Below, in pieces: positions 54,443 to 64,000 of a DNA stretch of 64,000 nt. This DNA is from Candidatus Poribacteria bacterium (GTDB taxonomy: Bacteria; Poribacteria; WGA-4E; PCPOR2b). Within the stretch, counting starts at the first letter, position 1. Every line of letters begins with the position of its first letter. Position numbers and translations under genes: made by a program. The notes beneath the pieces are model-generated. The model did no database searches. It was not told the origin of the DNA and saw nothing but the letters and a program-made list of their open reading frames with translations. The DNA lies in contig OZ244587.1 in assembly GCA_965218095.1 (NCBI GenBank), forward strand, positions 512,001 to 576,000, read 5' to 3'.

Positions 54443-55210
54443 TCACGCGGCGTCGTAACACCGCTCCTTCAGAAACGCAAGCATTCGCATGCGTTTAGGC
54501 GAGGCGTCCTCGAATAGCTCAGGGGTGTAATATGCCCATCCCTTTCGTGAGCTGTCGCGATGATACAGATTGACGATATAGTCCTCTTCGTCCGACATAC
54601 TGGGGTTCTGTATGAAGTTGAGGTAGATGCCGCGACGGCGCATGTCGCCAAAGGCGGCGTGGTAGAGCTTGACGTTAAAGACCACGGCATCCCCTGGATC
54701 CGACTCGATCGGATAAGTGCCGGGTACACCCTTTCCTAGAGACAGTATATCGTCGCCGTATCGTTCCATCCGTTCCCTGAATGCAGCGAATTGACTGCCC
54801 GGTAAAACACTTAAACAGCCACTATCAGCGCGGACAGCGTCTAAAAACAACACCACCTTAAGGTGCGTATGGTCCTCAGAGCTGATGGCGTCGTGGTGCC
54901 AACGGGTGCCCTCGTAATGCTGGATGCCTTCGGATACGCTGAAGATGAAATCCTCGCCCACCAAGTCCTCAACGACCTCGTAAATGCCGTCGTTGTCCAA
55001 TAGCCGGTGATAGACGCCAGGATTATTCCGATAAAACGGCACCACCTGCTGACGCCTGGTGCCTTCGGCCCATGGCACACCGCCGTTCGCCTTGAGCATG
55101 GTTTCGTCGAAGGCATCAATGTAAGTCTGCATCTCATCCGCGGGTATTAACTGTCGCAGACAGAGAAACCCCAGCGTTTCGAATTGGCGTTTCTGTGTAT
55201 CAGTAAGCAT
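54443..55210 (-). CDS. PhyH-family dioxygenase
   Basis: FETLGFL, WHHD, LPGSQ, PGDAVVFN..YHA. Confidence 0.85.
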   Translation of the reverse strand: MLTDTQKRQFETLGFLCLRQLIPADEMQTYIDAFDETMLKANGGVPWAEGTRRQQVVPFYRNNPGVYHRLLDNDGIYEVVEDLVGEDFIFSVSEGIQHYEGTRWHHDAISSEDHTHLKVVLFLDAVRADSGCLSVLPGSQFAAFRERMERYGDDILSLGKGVPGTYPIESDPGDAVVFNVKLYHAAFGDMRRRGIYLNFIQNPSMSDEEDYIVNLYHRDSSRKGWAYYTPELFEDASPKRMRMLAFLKERCYDAA

Positions 55211-55258
55211 GATCGGCCCTCGCTTCCTTTCGGATGGTGATGATCAGGTGAATCTGTT

Positions 55259-55287
55259 GTTGGGTTTCGTGCCTCAACCCAACCTAC
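55259..55287 (-). repeat. GTAG-type REP palindrome
   Basis: Minus strand GTAGGTTGGGTTGAGGCACGAAACCCAAC. Confidence 0.65.
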
Positions 55288-55323
55288 CTGCTAAAAACCA
55301 ATAACTTGGCGCTGAAGGCGCCG

Positions 55324-56125
55324 CTAGCCGGCAAGCAGGGATTCAACACGCTGCTTGAGTTCTCCGGCAAGTACACAAGGATCCCATTCCCAGTGAGACT
55401 TGCCCATCATTTCCACCGCCCAGACGCCGTCATATCCGGTGTTTCGAATGGCCGCGATTCCTTCCTTCAACGGGTAGAACATCCCGGTCATTATCACGCC
55501 ATTCCTCACCCTCTTTCTCGGTTGCATCACTAATATGCACAGACGCTATAAGCGTTGCATCCAGCCTAGATATCTCGTCCCAGGGGGATCCAGCGGCCCA
55601 GTGGTGAAAGGTATCAACCACAATTCCGATATTTTTCCGTTCTGTGGCATCGACAATTTCCAGCACTCTCTCCAGCGAACGGAAGGGCGTAAACACCACC
55701 GGTTCAAAACCCAGGCGAACGCCAAACGGGGCCGCAATATTGGCCAGTTCTTTCAATGTGTCTACCACCTTGGCTCGTATCTCTATCCACGGAAGGTCTT
55801 TGAAAGCGTTCAGCGCCACAACTTGGAGATTCTCACAGTTCAATGCCTGGGCGACCTCACATAGTCTCTCACAATCATTGTTGTACAGTTCATGCTGCGA
55901 CTTAGACTCCTGGCAGTCTATAGATGCCAGACGATTAAGCATATTGACTTTCGTCGAGCCCAAGACAGACGCCAAGTCGTCCACCCGGTAGCCGGCATCG
56001 AGATATCTTTCCAGCTTTGGCGCCAATATCTCAATTGCGTCGTATCCTGCTGACTTAACAATTCGTATGTCGGTCAGCATGTTTGTATGCAGGATGCAAC
56101 CGGCATGTAATCCTAGAAGTTCCAT
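55324..56125 (-). pseudogene. Sugar phosphate isomerase/epimerase (AP_endonuc_2), frameshifted near the C-terminus
   Basis: GYDAIE, LGFEP, VDTFH, VHISD; C-terminus GYDGVWAVE in another frame. Confidence 0.75.
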
Positions 56126-56251
56126 GTCTACACCTCAACTTACCCATCACGGATAAAGGGGTAAATGACGATGTCCCATCGACCACCAAAGAATTTATGA
56201 TGCCTCAATTCACCCACCAACCTCATACCCAGATGCGCGGTGATTCATGGT

Positions 56252-56399
56252 TCCTAACGAAAAAAGTTCAGTTGTCCGCTGTGCGGACGGGCACGGCGGG
56301 GGTTTGCCGAAAACGCTCGACGAACCGAAACCCAGCGCAACCCCAAAAATGTTAATAAAACCACAGCTCCCCGCCGTCAACTGCAACGACTGGTTAGGA
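56252..56399 (-). other. attC site (family D, 148 bp)
   Basis: Minus strand TCCTAACcagtcgttgcagttg...caactgaacttttttcGTTAGGA; canonical R''/L''/L'/R' layout. Confidence 0.9.
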
Positions 56400-56459
56400 T
56401 CATGATGGGTCGATTTCCCATTTACTCTTCGACCCACGACCGTACTGAGCCACTGCGGT

Positions 56460-58127
56460 TCAATCTCTAAACTGGAATGAGTACAGTTTCGCACGACGCA
56501 GGTAGAATTTCAGCTTTATGGTCTTGTCTTCCAAGCTGCCCAGTTCCGAGCCGCTTTTCCAAGCCATCGTATGACGCACGTTGTTACCTTTGAAGGCAAC
56601 ACACTCGGCACGGGTGAAGCCGCCAATGAGCGTAACATCGACTGATCCGTACATATTCTTGTATTCCAGTATTTCGACGGCCAATTCACCATCGTCAGCA
56701 TCGGCGTTGACCACCAGGCTGCCGCCATTAAACTTAAATGGCTTGGTAGTAAGAACGCCTGTCTCGTTGTCGGCCTCGAGGGAAACGAACCCGTCAAGCC
56801 TGAGTTTGCTCAAAGCTACCGCATTGTTAACGGGGTTAGTCCCAGATGGGAGCGGAGGCATTGGATTCGGGGCATGAGCGGTTTCCCGGCCTGCATAGTA
56901 GATCCATATCTCGTCACCCACAATCAAGGGGGGTTGAAACACATGGATCCACTCCCGCCTCTGGTCATATGGCTTCACCAGGGGCATAAAGGGTTTTCTC
57001 TCGCCAATCCTGATCCACCTCACTCCGTCTCGGCTGAAGGTCAATTCAACGTCCTCGGATTCCCCCTCCTCGGCGGTGGTGTGCACCTCCATATGGTTCT
57101 CGGACGAAGCCTGTGGTTTTGATGACCTTATTTTGTATTTGCGGTTGATACCTAGAAATCCGAAATAGACACCTTCGTATTGGAGGACCTCCATGTCATG
57201 GAAGGTGCCGCCGGTCTCACGGTCTTTTGCATCGGGGATCAATACAACCTCCGCCGGGGTCCAGTTCACAAAGTCGCGGCTCTGGCTGCGACCGACTATT
57301 CGAAGGTTCCCCGGCTTGGTGGGGTTAGAGGAGGGGTCAACCTCACCGAATGCAGCGAACATCCTCACTAACACCACGTAACGATCGATTCTGGTATCCC
57401 AGAAGACGTTGTTTTCTGTATCGCTTCGCAAAGGTATTATCGGATTGTCTTCATAGGGCGTCCAATGGATACCGTCGGGTGAATATGCTCCGTTGACCAT
57501 GAAGTAGGCCAAGGCAGGCGAGCCGCGGTAGAGCATCTTGTACTTTTTGGCTGGATCCTTTTCGACCGGGTCCTTCATGACGCAAAGGCCGTCAAGCATT
57601 GATCGTTGAGAATTCTCGTACGCCTTTCTCATCGACGGATCCCGCTCTGCGTCTTCTTTTGTCGGTGGGTCGGACTGAAAAATGACGTTGTTCGACCGCG
57701 AGCCTCGAAATTCCACTAGACCGAGCTGCGGCTTGGTCCAGACGACCCCATCCTCAGAGGTGGCATAGGCTGACGCTGCCGCGTTTTCTATTTCGTCGTA
57801 GCTTCTCACCCCATACCACATTTTGAACAGTCCTTGCTCGGTGTCATAGATGACGCTGCCGTATTGTGAAGTACGCAGGCCTTGCTCCCAAGGCTGATCG
57901 CAGTGCAGGACTGGGTTACCTTCGTACTTGACCGGTTGATTCAGAACACGTCTGAGGCCGTCCATCTCCTCGATGATAAAATCGTCCACGAAGAACTGCT
58001 TCTGGGTGCCAACGTGGCGATAATAACCATGCTTCCAGCCCCACCAGCCTCCGCCAGGGGCTGTTTGAGCTGCAAACAACAATGATGAACCAAGCAACAG
58101 AAAACATATCAATAGTAATAGGTACAT
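56460..58127 (-). CDS. Secreted five-bladed beta-propeller glycoside hydrolase-like protein (GH32/GH130-like)
   Basis: Signal peptide; KQFFVDD, SEDGVVWTKP, SPDGIHW, SRDGVRW, LRLDGFVSL. Confidence 0.7.
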   Translation of the reverse strand: MYLLLLICFLLLGSSLLFAAQTAPGGGWWGWKHGYYRHVGTQKQFFVDDFIIEEMDGLRRVLNQPVKYEGNPVLHCDQPWEQGLRTSQYGSVIYDTEQGLFKMWYGVRSYDEIENAAASAYATSEDGVVWTKPQLGLVEFRGSRSNNVIFQSDPPTKEDAERDPSMRKAYENSQRSMLDGLCVMKDPVEKDPAKKYKMLYRGSPALAYFMVNGAYSPDGIHWTPYEDNPIIPLRSDTENNVFWDTRIDRYVVLVRMFAAFGEVDPSSNPTKPGNLRIVGRSQSRDFVNWTPAEVVLIPDAKDRETGGTFHDMEVLQYEGVYFGFLGINRKYKIRSSKPQASSENHMEVHTTAEEGESEDVELTFSRDGVRWIRIGERKPFMPLVKPYDQRREWIHVFQPPLIVGDEIWIYYAGRETAHAPNPMPPLPSGTNPVNNAVALSKLRLDGFVSLEADNETGVLTTKPFKFNGGSLVVNADADDGELAVEILEYKNMYGSVDVTLIGGFTRAECVAFKGNNVRHTMAWKSGSELGSLEDKTIKLKFYLRRAKLYSFQFRD

Positions 58128-58139
58128 GACAATGACTCC

Positions 58140-59372
58140 TTAATCATTATTCTCATAGAACCATTTGACTGGTACAACCTTTATCTTGCATGCAACGTAG
58201 CCGACGGGGTCATACTTACACCCGTAGCCATAGGTTATTATCACCTTATCATTAAGGAACGTACAGGTCGGATAGGCTACGCGCAGAGCCCCGGGAGCTT
58301 TGTGGTACCGCTTGCGATCCTCGGGTTGATGGTATGTGCTATATTTTTTGGAATCGGTGTGGTAACGCTTTATCTCCGACAGTTCAACCCGGGTAACGTC
58401 ATCCAGGGATTCCAGGTTCTTGAAGCTCTCCCAAGTTTTTCCCTCGTCGCGGCTAATCGCGCAGGAAAGGCGATGGCGGGTGAGATAACGCTGCCACTCC
58501 TTGGACGAGGTCTGGTTCCAGATAACCAGAAGATCGTCCGTCGTAGGGATGCGCCTGACGATGCACGGAGTATCGCCGGAAACGAGCTGAGTCGGCTCGA
58601 CCTGCTCCCAAGTGTCTCCTTGATCCTTGGAAATACACTGGAACAGACGGTTGAGATTCGTCCTTCCCATTCCCAGCAGCCGACCGTCCTTGAGCTCCAC
58701 CACACTCCACTCGTCCCACATCTGTATTCCTTTGTAGTCGGCATCGAAGGGCACGAGAATAATAGTCTTACTTTCGTACCAGGTCTTGCCCTCGTCGTCG
58801 GAGTAGTGGGCGATACCGAAGTTGAAATCCATGTCCCCCTCGCCCATAATCTTGGCCAGCGGAGGAGACATATACGCCGGAGCAAGGATACGACCGCTTT
58901 TGAGCACAATAGCACAATCGTTTCTGACGTGATTGCCCCACTTGCGAGGACCTATCGCTGCCGGCTTGCTCCATGTCTCACCCTCATCCTCGGAGCGATA
59001 GAAGGTATCAAAACAGATCAGTCCGATAGCCCCGGACTTCAGTCTCAACAGGCTACAATGGCCTCCTTTGACGGATTCGCCGCCCTTAATCTTCAGAGAA
59101 AATAGCTCGCTCCAGGTCTTGCCGCCATCAGCAGAGGTAACGCCATAGGTCCCGCCGCCGGGGACTCCCTTGAAATTCCCGCCACGCCACAAGTTGGACG
59201 CCAGCAGCAACCGCCCGTCTTTCAAAGGCAGGACGCTGGGAACATAGGGTGATCCCCCGCACAACGCTCCCCCACCGATCTGATCCTCGATGGGGTAAAT
59301 CTCCCCGCCGAAGCTGATAATCCCCTCAAAGGTTTCCTGTGTCATAATATAACCTTTCGTATACAACAACAA
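58140..59372 (-). CDS. Sialidase/BNR-repeat protein
   Basis: Asp-boxes SADGGKTW, SEDEGETW, SDDEGKTW, SKDQGDTW, SRDEGKTW. Confidence 0.85.
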   Translation of the reverse strand: MLLYTKGYIMTQETFEGIISFGGEIYPIEDQIGGGALCGGSPYVPSVLPLKDGRLLLASNLWRGGNFKGVPGGGTYGVTSADGGKTWSELFSLKIKGGESVKGGHCSLLRLKSGAIGLICFDTFYRSEDEGETWSKPAAIGPRKWGNHVRNDCAIVLKSGRILAPAYMSPPLAKIMGEGDMDFNFGIAHYSDDEGKTWYESKTIILVPFDADYKGIQMWDEWSVVELKDGRLLGMGRTNLNRLFQCISKDQGDTWEQVEPTQLVSGDTPCIVRRIPTTDDLLVIWNQTSSKEWQRYLTRHRLSCAISRDEGKTWESFKNLESLDDVTRVELSEIKRYHTDSKKYSTYHQPEDRKRYHKAPGALRVAYPTCTFLNDKVIITYGYGCKYDPVGYVACKIKVVPVKWFYENND

Positions 59373-59563
59373 AATAAACAGTGTACTATATGAGCGAAAA
59401 GAATTTTGGATACACTATGTTGCTCCTGACATATCCCCGATTTATATGCCAAGTTCTGTGTGAGTCAGACCGGTTTCCTTCCGTGTGTTCCGGTCTTGCC
59501 ATCAAGGACAACTCCGGCAAAAGTGTTTTCTGCCTCTTTGGTGGTCAGGTAGCTGCTCCGTGT

Positions 59564-61429
59564 CTATTGCATGGCAGTTTTGAGGGCCTGGATGTGTCTG
59601 GCTGCCTCCTGGCGGAAATGATCGGCCTGGGGCTCCGTCCATTTGCCTTCGTGTGCCCCTTCCCCCCAGGGGATGTTGTCCATTGTGGCGTTCAGGAAGA
59701 CTTCCGCGTTATCGGCAAGCAGGGCGAGTTGGGTCCGTTTGTCGTTCGAGACGTTCTTTGAGGCGAGAGACTTGTGTGCCTGAGCTATCCAATGTTTTAA
59801 CGTCCGTGCATAGCGGGAGTCGTTGATGCCCTCGCGAATCGCCTCCCAAGGCACGGTAGGTAACAATGTGCCATCACGGGAGATGTAGGAAGGTGCAGCG
59901 TGTGCGTAACTCCTGCCCTCATTTCCGCGTATGAACTCGTCGTATTCATTTGTGTACTCATAGGGTCCGTAGTACGTCCACATCGTCATGCCGGTAGCCC
60001 CACCCTTTTCGGGCAAGAGTCCTGCATTGGTTCGCATACCCTGGTAGCCGTTGCTCGGGCTCAGCGACAATATCGCCCAAACCGCGGCTCCTTTCTTCCC
60101 TGCCGCGGCCAGGATCGCCTCATTGGTTTCCTTGTCAGCTAAGTTATCCAACGTGGTGTTCGCTATGTCCAACCACGGCAAGAGCTTCTGGATGACGTTG
60201 AGTTCGTACGCGGTGCAGAAAATCCGTGCGCTAGGAAGCGCCTGCTTGAGAATCGGCATCTCAAGCAGAGCCCAGTTCATAACCGCGTCGTTGAACCGTG
60301 GTTCATCAACGGGGTAATAGATTAGTGGATAGGGCCAGCCGGCTTGTTTTGCATGGGCGTCAATCTGGCGGAAAAGGTCCGCAAGCACGGGTTTCAGCGA
60401 TTCAGGATACTTGTCTACTTCGTAAAGCACGTTCTTCGTACCGTAATACCTGTGCGGTTTGAATCCCTTCTCCATACCAAACAGGAGTATAAGTTTATTG
60501 GAAAGCAACCGGGGATAGTAAATCACATCCTTAAAGCCCAACTCTTTGATCACGGGCATACACTGATCGGCATTGGGGAAGGTCAACTCCACTTTATCGC
60601 CCACTTTCTTCATTACCGGTTCGACCTTGCCGTCGCAGTACAGAATGCCGGTCATTCCGTGGTCCCGCATGTCCTGAAAAACACGTTTGGTAATAGTTCC
60701 GTTCCAACCGCCATAGTAATACATACCCCACCACATGGACTCGGCGAGCACAAAGTCAGGCACCCGGACGACAAGTTCCAGGTCGGCGGTACCGCCCTTC
60801 TCGGCGCTTATGGTGATCTTTCCTCGATAGCTACTTGCGGTGGCGTTTTTCGGCACGGCGATCGTCAACCAGAATTGCTGACTTTGGTCCTGCTCTACAG
60901 CCGGGGCATCTTTTTGTTGGATCAAGAGATGGGGAACCCGGTGAACTCGGTAGGACCCAAGCCTGCGGTATATTGATTTGACGATTCGAACGTCAATCGC
61001 TTTCTTGTCAACCCGTCCACCGCCTGCCGAGACCAAGTCGGTTACAGTTATTCGCACCATGCCCAGGTCCCTGATCGCGTAAATCGCGAATTGCACGTGC
61101 CGCTTTTCTCCGGCGGTGATCAGTGTTTCCAATGCCGAGGTCAACTCACCTCTCCGCGGCGCCGAGTTTTCAAATACCTCGTCCGAAGCCTTCCGCTGAT
61201 AAACGACATATCCCTGCTTTTTCTGGGCGGGTTTCCGCGCACGGGTCCTGAATACCGTTTGGGGCCTGATTTCGGTGTATTCCTCATCCTCGAAGATGAG
61301 TATCCTCTTGCCGTCCACTATCTTTTCCGTTACGTTTTGTGCCAAGGCGTTTGTCCCGACAAAGAAGGTCACGCAGAGCATACCGCAGATTGCCACAAAT
61401 CTTTCAAGGAAACGTGGGCGGTGCGACAT
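59564..61429 (-). CDS. Secreted GH123/DUF4091-like glycoside hydrolase
   Basis: Signal peptide; QQFWLTIAVP..YRGKI, YPVDEP, WEAIREGINDSRY. Confidence 0.65.
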   Translation of the reverse strand: MSHRPRFLERFVAICGMLCVTFFVGTNALAQNVTEKIVDGKRILIFEDEEYTEIRPQTVFRTRARKPAQKKQGYVVYQRKASDEVFENSAPRRGELTSALETLITAGEKRHVQFAIYAIRDLGMVRITVTDLVSAGGGRVDKKAIDVRIVKSIYRRLGSYRVHRVPHLLIQQKDAPAVEQDQSQQFWLTIAVPKNATASSYRGKITISAEKGGTADLELVVRVPDFVLAESMWWGMYYYGGWNGTITKRVFQDMRDHGMTGILYCDGKVEPVMKKVGDKVELTFPNADQCMPVIKELGFKDVIYYPRLLSNKLILLFGMEKGFKPHRYYGTKNVLYEVDKYPESLKPVLADLFRQIDAHAKQAGWPYPLIYYPVDEPRFNDAVMNWALLEMPILKQALPSARIFCTAYELNVIQKLLPWLDIANTTLDNLADKETNEAILAAAGKKGAAVWAILSLSPSNGYQGMRTNAGLLPEKGGATGMTMWTYYGPYEYTNEYDEFIRGNEGRSYAHAAPSYISRDGTLLPTVPWEAIREGINDSRYARTLKHWIAQAHKSLASKNVSNDKRTQLALLADNAEVFLNATMDNIPWGEGAHEGKWTEPQADHFRQEAARHIQALKTAMQ

Positions 61430-61508
61430 TTGTCGGGTCCTTTCGTAATGTATTCTTGTCGGCTCAATTCACAGTGAGTGTTGGTAACGTGTTCACATCC
61501 GGTTAATA

Positions 61509-62027
61509 CTAATTCTTGATCAATATGTTACAAATGTGTATAATGTAATCTAGACCTTTGAACAATCCAAAGGGAATGAATCCCAAAATAAACAGCATCG
61601 GCAAGTCAAGCGCCGCGGCAAGAAAAGCCTTCCAACGCCCGTTATAACTTAGCTTCCAGCTAGAAAATAGTAGACCTCCGAGCAGCCAGAGAGAGTACAG
61701 TTGAAGAGGCAAGAAGATTATGCCGAACAAAGCAGCACGCAATGCGCGATTCACCGCTTCTTCAATTTCCGAGACGTCGGTAAACCCTTCCTCCACGTCA
61801 ATAGGAGCAATATCTGGCTCTTGGAGGAAGGCAATTGCCTGTTCGACATCGGGCTCGGCGACTTGCAATTTGATGCCACCGAGCGCATTGCTCAGATGCC
61901 AAGCCACGCCAACGGTCAATTCGTCAGCGAGAAAAACCGTCAGATCGTTGGCTTCGAGGACACTCTTGGCGAGTGAGGCATCGGTAGGCATTTGAAAGGT
62001 AGCGACTGTCACAAGCTTTTCGGTCAT
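61509..62027 (-). CDS. DUF2007-like N-terminal domain membrane protein (cassette)
   Basis: LVTVATF..ASLAKSVLE..GGIKLQV; starts 17 nt after the attC R' core. Confidence 0.7.
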   Translation of the reverse strand: MTEKLVTVATFQMPTDASLAKSVLEANDLTVFLADELTVGVAWHLSNALGGIKLQVAEPDVEQAIAFLQEPDIAPIDVEEGFTDVSEIEEAVNRALRAALFGIIFLPLQLYSLWLLGGLLFSSWKLSYNGRWKAFLAAALDLPMLFILGFIPFGLFKGLDYIIHICNILIKN

Positions 62028-62043
62028 AGCGGTTTATCCTTCC

Positions 62044-62114
62044 TCCAAACGACCAAGCTCACCGGCGGCAATGGAACGTAGCGGAATTGCCGCCGGTGCA
62101 GCGCTTTGTTAGCC
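62044..62114 (-). other. attC site (71 bp)
   Basis: Minus strand GGCTAACaaagcgctgcaccggcggc..gccgccggtgagcttggtcGTTTGGA. Confidence 0.9.
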
Positions 62115-62121
62115 ATTTGTA

Positions 62122-63702
62122 TCACCGTTTTATCGCATCAATCTGAGCGGCACGCTTCTCTAGTTTTTCAGCTTTTTCGCTACGGTTCGTTGCTCTATAG
62201 AGTGCTGCAAGGTTGTTCAGACTTGCCGCCACATTGGGGTGGTCGGAGCCGAGCGCTTTTTCCACTATTGAGAGTGAACGTTTGTAGAGGGGTTCGGCTT
62301 TAGCGTAATTGCCTTGGGTGTCATAGAGTAGTGCAAGATTGTTGAGGCTTGTTGCCACATCGGGGTGGTCGGAGCCGAGTGCTTTTTCCGAGATTGAGAG
62401 TGCACGCTTGTAGAGCGGTTCGGCTTTGGCGTAATTGCCTTGGGTGTCATAGAGTCCTGCCAGATTGTTGAGGCTTATCGCCACATCGGGGTGGTCGTAG
62501 CCGAGTGCTTTTTCCGTTATTGAGAGTGCACGCTTGAGGAGCGGTTCGGCTTTGGCGTAATTGCCTTGGGTGTCATAGAGTAATGCAAGATTGTTGAGGC
62601 TTGTTGCCACATCGGGGTGGTCGGAGCCGAGCGTTTTTTCCTTTATTGAGAGGGAGCGTTTGTAGAGCGGTTCGGCTTTGGCGTAATCGCCTTGGGTGTC
62701 ATAGAGTGCTGCAAGATTGTTCAGGCTTGTTGCCACATCGGGGTGGTCGGAGCCGAGTGCTTTTTCCCTTATTGAGAGGGCACGCTTGAGGAGGGGTTCG
62801 GCTTTGGCGTAATTGCCTTGGGTGTCATAGAGTAGTGCAAGATTGTTGAGGCTTGTCGCCACATCGGGGTGGTCGGAGCCGAGTGCTTTTTCCGAGATTG
62901 AGAGTGCACGCTTGTGGAGGGGTTCGGCTTTTGCGTAATTGCCTTGGGTTCTATAGAGTGCTGCAAGGTTGTTCAGACTTTGAGCCACATCGGGGTGGTC
63001 GGAGCCGAGTGCTTTTTCCGAGATTGAGAGTGCACGCTTGAGGAGCGGTTCGGCTTTGGCGTAATCGCCTTGGGTGTCATAGAGTGCTGCAAGATTGTTG
63101 AGGCTTGTCGCCACATTAGGGTGGTCGGGACCGAGTGCTTTTTCGTGTATTGAGAGCGCACGCTTGTACAACGGTTCGGCTTTGGCGTAATTGCCTTGGG
63201 TGTCATAGAGCAATGCAAGATTGTTGAGGCTTTGAGCCACATTGGGGTGTTCGGGACCGAGTGCTTTTTCCCTTATTGAGAGCGCACGCTTGAGGAGCGG
63301 TTCGGCTTTGGCGTAATTGCCTTGGGTTCTATAAAGTTCTGCAAGATTGTTGAGGCTTGCCGCCACATTGGGGTGGTCGTAGCCGAGCGCTTTTTCGTGT
63401 ATTGAGAGCGCACGCTTGTACAACGGTTCGGCTTTGGCGTAATTGCCTTGGGTGGCATAGAGTGCTGCCAGATTGTTGAGGCTTGTCGCCACAGCGGGGT
63501 GGTCGGGACCGACACTGTTCTCAGCGACTTTGTAAGCTTCTTGAGCAACAATGACAGCACGCTCATATTTGCCTGCACGATAGAGTTTAACAACTTCCTG
63601 ATTCAGAATATCCCATTCTATGCCAGCTCCCTGTGCAAAGACATTTAATGCTCCGAGTTGTAAGAGCGAAAAAATCACTGTAACTAATTTTACAATTTTC
63701 AT
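62122..63702 (-). CDS. Secreted kinesin-light-chain-type TPR protein (gene cassette)
   Basis: Signal peptide; 42-aa repeats HPxVAxSLNNLAxLYxTQGxYAKAEPL; perfect cassette cores GTTAGCC/GGCTAAC. Confidence 0.92.
   Translation of the reverse strand: MKIVKLVTVIFSLLQLGALNVFAQGAGIEWDILNQEVVKLYRAGKYERAVIVAQEAYKVAENSVGPDHPAVATSLNNLAALYATQGNYAKAEPLYKRALSIHEKALGYDHPNVAASLNNLAELYRTQGNYAKAEPLLKRALSIREKALGPEHPNVAQSLNNLALLYDTQGNYAKAEPLYKRALSIHEKALGPDHPNVATSLNNLAALYDTQGDYAKAEPLLKRALSISEKALGSDHPDVAQSLNNLAALYRTQGNYAKAEPLHKRALSISEKALGSDHPDVATSLNNLALLYDTQGNYAKAEPLLKRALSIREKALGSDHPDVATSLNNLAALYDTQGDYAKAEPLYKRSLSIKEKTLGSDHPDVATSLNNLALLYDTQGNYAKAEPLLKRALSITEKALGYDHPDVAISLNNLAGLYDTQGNYAKAEPLYKRALSISEKALGSDHPDVATSLNNLALLYDTQGNYAKAEPLYKRSLSIVEKALGSDHPNVAASLNNLAALYRATNRSEKAEKLEKRAAQIDAIKR
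62197..63501 (-). repeat. Tandem 126-bp repeat, 10 full units plus 1 partial
   Basis: Near-identical DNA units encoding the TPR repeats. Confidence 0.9.
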
Positions 63703-63718
63703 ATTTATATCCTTGTAT

Positions 63719-63864
63719 GGCTAACGAAAAAGTTCAGTTGTCCGATGAATCGGACGAGCACGGTGCCGGTTTGCCGAAAACTGTTCGGCAAACCAAAAAC
63801 CGCCACATACCAGAACCTAATAAAAACCGCATTTCACGCCATCGCCTGCAACGGCTGGTTCGGT
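63719..63864 (-). other. attC site (family D, homologous to 56252-56399)
   Basis: GGCTAACgaaaaagttcagttgtccg..ggtttgccgaaaa..ctgcaacggctgGTTCGGT. Confidence 0.88.
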
Positions 63865-64000
63865 GCTTGGTTTTCTATCTGCTCATAGGATAAATCGGGA
63901 AGACTAGCTTGTTGACGAGCGTGTTCAACGGTCATTGCTACCAGATTTCCTGAAACATCCAAATCGATGTAAATATTTTCGTTAATCTCTTTCGTTTCAG
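63834..64000 (-). CDS. DUF2283-like (putative antitoxin) protein, C-terminal part
   Basis: Manual: ETKEINENIYIDLDVSGNLVAMTVEHARQQA..; stop lies inside the attC. Confidence 0.6.
   Translation of the reverse strand, partial: ETKEINENIYIDLDVSGNLVAMTVEHARQQASLPDLSYEQIENQAPNQPLQAMA

Noticed and set aside
62122-63702. Diversity-generating retroelement target
   Set aside because: No reverse transcriptase or template repeat in the window, and the variation is not adenine-specific.

Overview
Bacterial genomic window. It is probably Candidatus Poribacteria or a similar lineage, inferred from six PhyH-type dioxygenases, LamG fragments, a C-terminal NYPNPFNPETWLPYQL domain and ankyrin/TPR proteins. Positions 1-17.6 kb are mostly housekeeping and metabolic genes (thiD, clpB, PhyH enzymes, a double PPIase, a secreted CotH kinase-ankyrin fusion). 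Positions 17.9-29.6 kb hold two defence loci: a HEPN gene plus a fused R-M-S enzyme hit twice by the same IS, and dcm-vsr-DUF4928. The main signal not shown by the ORF track runs from about 32.7 kb to the window end. It is a long, decaying, minus-strand integron-type gene-cassette array with about 15 attC or attC-like sites from at least four sequence families and no integrase in the window. Several cassettes have complementary R''/R' boundaries. Cargo includes trpD, a tyrA-like gene, adenosine deaminase, NUDIX/GNAT/methyltransferases, AAC(3)/APH-like genes, a secreted TPR protein, a gene-less cassette and a DUF2283 gene. Two unrelated cassette genes share an almost identical leader from R' to the ATG. 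Insertion sequences and clean deletion chimeras occur throughout. Family assignments come from motif recognition only; no database searches were run.
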